Shown here: piece after piece, positions 35,517 through 40,902 of the stretch
How the letters are laid out: each line of letters starts with the position of its first letter
Position numbering within the stretch: position 1 is the first letter of the stretch
NCBI RefSeq assembly: GCF_001194135.2
Contig: NC_068981.1
Coordinates: 102,150,319 to 102,191,220 of the forward strand
DNA: 40,902 nucleotides
Direction: 5' to 3'
Source of the DNA: Octopus bimaculoides
Taxonomy: Eukaryota
Position numbers and translations under genes: made by a program
The notes under the pieces: generated by a model
What the model saw: only the letters and a program-made list of their open reading frames with translations
Told to the model about the DNA's origin: nothing
Databases searched by the model: none

Positions 35517-35808
35517 CTAAAATCAATAATTGAAGACAAAGACACTGTTGGAGGCTTTTCAAATCTCAACTACATTGTTCTTTTTAGAGTGAAGGTCAAA
35601 ATGAGTATAAAATACATAACAGACACACATATATATATTCAAATAAACAGTAACACAGCACCCACAACAGAAAAAACCCATTAGACACATATATACACGT
35701 GCACAATTATCATACACACAACACCTTCACAATACAAATATACTGTGCATACAAATAACATGACAAAATACACATCATATGTTTTTAAATATGTGTATGT
35801 GCATATGC

Positions 35809-35846
<38 letters not shown>

Positions 35847-36263
35847 NNNNNNNNNNNNNNNNNNNGTTGGAGGCTTTTCAAATCTCAACTACATTGTTCT
35901 TTTTAGAGTGAAGGTCAAAATGAGTATAAAATACATAACAGACACACATATATATCATTAACATCATCATCATCATTTAATGTCTGCTTTCCATGCTGGC
36001 ATGGGTTAGACAGTTTGACTGGAACTGGTAAGCCAGAGAGCTGCACCAGGTTCCAGTCAGATTTGGCACTGTTTCTATGGCTAGATGCCCTTCTCAATGC
36101 CAACCACTCCAAGAGTGTAGTGGGTGATTTTTATGTGCCACCAGCATGGGTGACACCAGCAATAGCCACAACTATGATTTCACAGGTGCCATTTACATGA
36201 CACCAGCAACAGCCATGATTACAATTTCACTTGGCTTGACAAGTCTTTTGAATNNNNNNNNNN

Positions 36264-36397
36264 ATCCACTCACAAGGCTTTGGTCGGTCCGAGGTTATAG
36301 TAGAAGACACTTGGCCAAGATACCACGCAGTGGGACTGAACCCGGGACCATGTAGTTGGTAAGCAAGCTACTTACCACACAGCCACTCCTACGCCTA
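36264..36397 (-). mobile_element. Young family A SINE head
   Basis: GGCGTAGGAGTGGCTGTGTGGTAAGTAGCTTGC..CCGGGTTCAGTCCCACTGCGTGG, CpGs intact, truncated by a gap. Confidence 0.9.
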
Positions 36398-36414
36398 TAT
36401 ATAATATATATTTT

Positions 36415-36560
36415 ACATTCTGAGTTCAAATTCCATTGTAGTTGACTTTGCCTTATATCATTTTGAGGTTGATAAAATATTTACCAGTTGAACACTGGGG
36501 TTGATGTAATCGATTTACCTTCTCTCCAATATTGTTGGCCTTGTGCCAAAATTTGAAACC
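36415..36560 (+). mobile_element. Nin/Inv-like SINE, partial
   Basis: GAGTTCAAATTCC..GTTGACTTTGCC..TTGATGTAATCGA..GGCCTTGTGCCAAAATTTGAAACC. Confidence 0.8.
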
Positions 36561-36586
36561 AATACACACACACACACATATATATC

Positions 36587-36930
36587 ATTAACATCATCAT
36601 CATCATTTAATGTCTGCTTTCCATGCTGGCATGGGTTAGACAGTTTGACTGGAACTGGTAAGCCAGAGAGCTGCACCAGGTTCCAGTCAGATTTGGCACT
36701 GTTTCTATGGCTAGATGCCCTTCTCAATGCCAACCACTCCNNNNNNNNNNNNNNNNNNNACTCCAAGAGTGTAGTGGGTGATTTTTATGTGCCACCAGCA
36801 TGGGTGACACCAGCAATAGCCACAACTATGATTTCACAGGTGCCATTTACATGACACCAGCAACAGCCATGATTACAATTTCACTTGGCTTGACAAGTCT
36901 TTTGAATCACAGCATATCACCAAGATCTCA
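36587..36930 (-). mobile_element. RTE 3' UTR with (ATG)n tail (duplicated at 35956-36253)
   Basis: CATCATCATTTAATGTCTGCTTTCCATGC..GATGCCCTTCTCAATGCCAACCACTCC, homologous to 4079-4500. Confidence 0.85.
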
Positions 36931-36964
36931 GTCACTTGTCATCATATGTATATATATATGTATA

Positions 36965-37500
36965 TAGCTCTATAATAATATATCACAATATTATATATTC
37001 TCTGATTTGAAGCAACAATTTTTAATACAGACAAATGACCAAAAAATGATGAGCTAACCCCAGTCAGAATTGAACCCACAAATGAATGCTAACATGGCTC
37101 CTTGTGTATCCGATTGGGCCAAACGCTTACCCATCATTTTCAGCCAAATTTAATGAATATATACTTAAACTGTCTAATACTAAATATAATATTTGAAAAC
37201 AAACCAGAAAGGCTTTATAAGTTACAGAGAGGACGCTACTATGGAAGACTCATAATATAATAACTGTATAATAATAAATCATGATAATATATATTCTCCA
37301 ATTTGAAGCAACAATTAAGTACAAACAAATGACTGAAAAGTGATGAGCTAACTCCAGCCAGAATCGAACCCGTAAATGAACACTAACACGGCTACTTGTG
37401 AATCCGATTGGGCCAAATGCTCACCCATCAATTTCAGCCAAATTTAATGAATATATACTTAAACTCTCTAATACTACATATGATATTTGTAAACAATATA
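36965..37500 (-). repeat. 296-bp tandem dimer containing tRNA-like A/B boxes
   Basis: GAAGCAACAATT at 37009 and 37305. Minus strand TGGCCCAATCGG then GGGTTCGATTC (copy 2) or GGGTTCAATTC (copy 1). Confidence 0.8.
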
Positions 37501-38386
37501 CAGGGTGTGGTTGTCTAAACTATTGTCTAAATTAAACAAAAATGAAAATAACACTGACATCTCATTTCAACAGATATATTTAGCAAAATTACATTAAAAT
37601 AACTTGAAATACTTAAGAGTAAATTTATTCAATAAAATCGCCATTGGCTTCAACAACAAGCTTCAGATGACTTCAGAATCTCCTGCAACTCTGATGGACA
37701 GTCTCCTTGTTCAAGTTGGTGAATGCTGCCATAATCCTTGCCTTCCATTCATCTTTGGTGTTACAAGGAGTTTTGTAGGTCTCTTGCTCAACTGCACACC
37801 ACACATAATAATCAAGGGGGTTTCAGTCTGGGGAGTTAGGTGACCAGATGTTAGGGGTGATGTGGTCACAGAAATTACCCGACAGCCATGACTGGGTTCT
37901 CCTGCTTGTGTGGTATGGTGCAGAGTCCTGTTGCTAGACATATGGTCTTCCAGCAGCCACCCTCTTCACCCAGGGCAATACTACTTCCTCCAAGCAGTTT
38001 ATGTAGGCCTCCATGTTGAGTCTGAGACCATGTGGAAAGATGAATGGAGGCATAATGTCACCATCACTAGTGATCACTCCAAACACCATGATGTTGACTG
38101 GATGCTTGTTTTTATTACACTTGGTACATGTCCTCAGATTGTATTGTCCTCAGACTGACAGCCAAACACTCTGAAATGTTTGTATTGGAGCTTCTGGCAT
38201 GAATGCCAAGCACAACATGTTGTTTCCAAATTTCTGGTAGAGTGAATTGCATCATGATGCTGTTTGTCTTACAGACAGTGTCCAACTGACCTCACTATAC
38301 TGCATGGTCAACAACATCAAAAACAAGCAATGCGCATACACAAAATTAAGGATATAAAATGGTGACAATTTACCCATCACACTCTG
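37501..38386 (-). mobile_element. Second DD37D maT deletion derivative
   Basis: TA|CAGGGTG at 37501 and GGTGACAATTTACCCATCACACTCTG at 38361-38386. QQDSAPYHTSRRTQSWLSGNFCDHITPNIWSPNSPD*NPLDYYVW. Confidence 0.9.
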
Positions 38387-38554
38387 TGTATGTATGTATG
38401 TATATTTGGCCGAGGAAAACCATTGCCGACCTTCAGGAACATAGTGCGCTCTAGGACTAATATTTTGCATTTGCGGCTCCATTGGTGGCTAATGAGCCCT
38501 GCCCTTGACAAGCATACACGAGTGGACGGCCATCATCATCATCATATATATATG

Positions 38555-38626
<72 letters not shown>

Positions 38627-38837
38627 TGCTATAAAGGTGATGATTGATGATGTTGCTACTTGGGTACTGTATATAATCATTTTCGTGTGAAGAATTAGAG
38701 TGAATTATCATCAGCTTTGAATGGATGAATAAACTATTACATGAAATGAGCACTCGCTCTCCCATTTGTACATTGGAAAGTAAAGAGTAAAACCTGAGCT
38801 TCATTGAAAAAGTTTCTTAAGAGTGAAACAAACTTAC

Positions 38838-38864
38838 ACATACTGTGCTATGTAGCAAATATAA
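38838..38864 (-). other. 27-nt microexon candidate
   Basis: attaaatgatttacag|TTATATTTGCTACATAGCACAGTATGT|gtaagt, length divisible by 3. Confidence 0.28.
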
Positions 38865-39534
38865 CTGTAAATCATTTAATAAAATTTTGCCATTAAATTT
38901 TAAATTTGCTTTTAAGAAAGTGTGTATGACTTGTTAATTAAACATAATTTTACAAAGTAAGACATTTCATTAAAGATGACAATAATTACAATCTGTAAAG
39001 AATTATATTTTAGTGTGAATATTAAAATCTAGAAAGTAAGAGTATGTAAGACCTATGCTTTGCTGAGGAGGTCTAATACAACCAAAACATGTCTAGATTC
39101 ATCCTGTAATTGTGAAAAGCCAGGCTTATTTTCAGCACTATAACCACATATTTATCAAATTCAATCAATTTTAATTTTCAAGTTGTTTCTTAACCAGAAT
39201 GAGTCAATAAGCTAATCTTTTATCTACTGCATGTTTCAGTCATTGGACTGCAGCCATCCTGGGTGACCGTCTTGAAGGATTTAACAAATCAACCCCAGTA
39301 CTTTTTTTTTTAAGCCTGGTACTTGTTCTACCAGTCTCTTTTTGTTAAACTGCTGAGTTAAGGAGCTGTAAACAACCAACACTGTTTATCAGGCAATGGT
39401 GGTGGTGATGGGGGAAAAAACACAAACACACACACATAGATACACACACACACACACACAAACACACACATATATACATCAGATGGTGCAGTATATATAT
39501 TTACCCATTATTCATGTTTTCATAAAACAGAAAG

Positions 39535-39693
39535 CTATGTTTTGGTTAATGAAAGTCTAAGAAGCCCATTTCCCAACCACATGGTTCCAGGCTTAGTTCA
39601 ACTGAATGGAAACTTGGGCAAGTATCTTCTACTATAACCTTGGGTTGAGCAAAACCTTATGAGTGGATTTAGTAGATGGAAACCGAAAGAAGC

Positions 39694-39700
<7 letters not shown>
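39535..39700 (+). mobile_element. Family A SINE head and core
   Basis: CCCAACCACATGGTTCCAGG..GGGCAAGTATCTTCTACTATAAC..GAGTGGATTTAGTAGATGGAAAC. Confidence 0.8.
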
Positions 39701-39736
<36 letters not shown>

Positions 39737-39739
<3 letters not shown>

Positions 39740-40112
39740 AGTAAAAATAAATACAAAAAAAGGTGGGGTTTTTTTGTATGATTGTGTATAGAGGAATATA
39801 TTATTTTGCTTAAAAGAGTTCCAACACTGTCTGTTTTTTTATGTTTTATTTATATTCCTGCAGAACTAATGTGGGGTATAGAATATGGAATATACAATAT
39901 ATAATATAATATACAATATACAATATAAAATAAAATAAAATAAAAATGGATGGCACCATGAAAGAAAGTATTGAATGTAGATGAAATATTGAGTTTTCAA
40001 TATAAAGGATCAAATATATAAATATATAAATATAAATATATATATATAAAGGCGACTCGAGTTTCAGGGCTATTTCCCTTTGTCATGGCCGGTATGACAG
40101 ACTTTAACAGAC

Positions 40113-40116
<4 letters not shown>
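39737..40116 (-). mobile_element. ~380-bp PLE/retrozyme-like repeat, copy 2
   Basis: Reverse complement aligns to 909-1262. Flanked by (TA)n on both sides. Confidence 0.75.
40045..40095 (-). ncRNA. Minimal type I hammerhead-like motif, copy 2
   Basis: GGC-C(A)TGACAA-AGGG/AAATAG/CCCT-GAAA-C-TCGA-G-TC-GCC. G8 position reads A. Confidence 0.6.
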
Positions 40117-40144
<28 letters not shown>

Positions 40145-40147
<3 letters not shown>

Positions 40148-40320
40148 ATACACATACGACAGGCTTCTTTTAGTTTCCATCTGTCAAATCCATTCATATG
40201 GTTTTGTTTAGCCCTGGGCTATAGAAGATGATACTTGCCCAAGGAGCCACTCAGCGGGACTAAAACCAGGAACCATATGGTTAGGAAGCAAACTTCTTAC
40301 CACAGAGCCACATCTGTCCC
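40145..40320 (-). mobile_element. Family A SINE head and core
   Basis: GACAGGCTTCTTTTAGTTTCC..GGAACCATATGGTTAGGAAGCAAACTTCTTACCACAGAGCCAC on the plus strand. Confidence 0.8.
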
Positions 40321-40812
40321 TGTGCATTCTTTTTCGTTTCTCCTCCCTACAAATGTAATATTTAATTAATTGAAATTTTTTGATCACTAAATTAAATTTA
40401 TATTACCTTAAACTGTGTTTGTCATACAAGTGTCCCTGAGTAGATCTGCCTCACCTATCCCTATCATTCTTCTCTGATGTCAAACTGGTTTGACATCTAT
40501 CACTAAACATGGCTGATTATTTTTGTGGCTGTTAATTTGACTTTTTGCTTTCACATACAATGCATAGTATTGTGCTTTCTTCCCTTTCTCACACTTTATA
40601 TTCATTCTCATGTCGGCCTCCTTTCTACATTTGTGAATTAAGATCCAGTTTCTTCACTAACTATATATATAATACGTACATGCACACACCACACACACAT
40701 ATATATACATACACACATTGAAGTGATTAAGAGGTTTCACAGAAGTAAATTATAAACTTCACAATCATAAAAGCTACAGTAACTTTATCATGAATTAAAG
40801 AGAGAAGTTATA

Positions 40813-40854
<42 letters not shown>

Positions 40855-40902
40855 GTAAGCTATATATATATATTGATATATATATATATATATATATATA
40901 TA

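Noticed and set aside
47-38386. Giant composite transposon or inverted segmental duplication bounded by the two maT copies
   Set aside because: Each copy has its own pair of TIRs, the copies are clearly diverged, and the neighbouring ribozyme repeats are in the wrong order for a single inversion.

Overview
AT-rich, microsatellite-saturated eukaryotic genomic DNA with nine N-gaps. The SINE families, (TA)/(CA)/(GATA) load and transposon mix point to a coleoid cephalopod, probably Octopus (inference). Almost none of the supplied ORFs are genes; most are microsatellite or minisatellite read-through. The window holds many tRNA-derived SINEs of at least four architectures, RTE and RTE-BovB LINE 3' ends, two R4/Dong-like RLE retrotransposon remnants and an inverted pair of Penelope GIY-YIG fragments. 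It also holds IS630-Tc1-mariner derivatives (two DD37D maT copies, a DD34D mariner, a DD40/41D element, a mariner MITE and a pogo-like MITE), a 22-bp minisatellite, and short candidate minus-strand exons of an unidentified host gene. The most notable observation is a ~360-bp repeat present twice (909-1262 +, 39737-40116 -). Each copy carries a minimal type I hammerhead-ribozyme-like motif with an extra A in the core (C-A-UGAYRA). Stems II and III differ completely in sequence between the copies yet both still pair.
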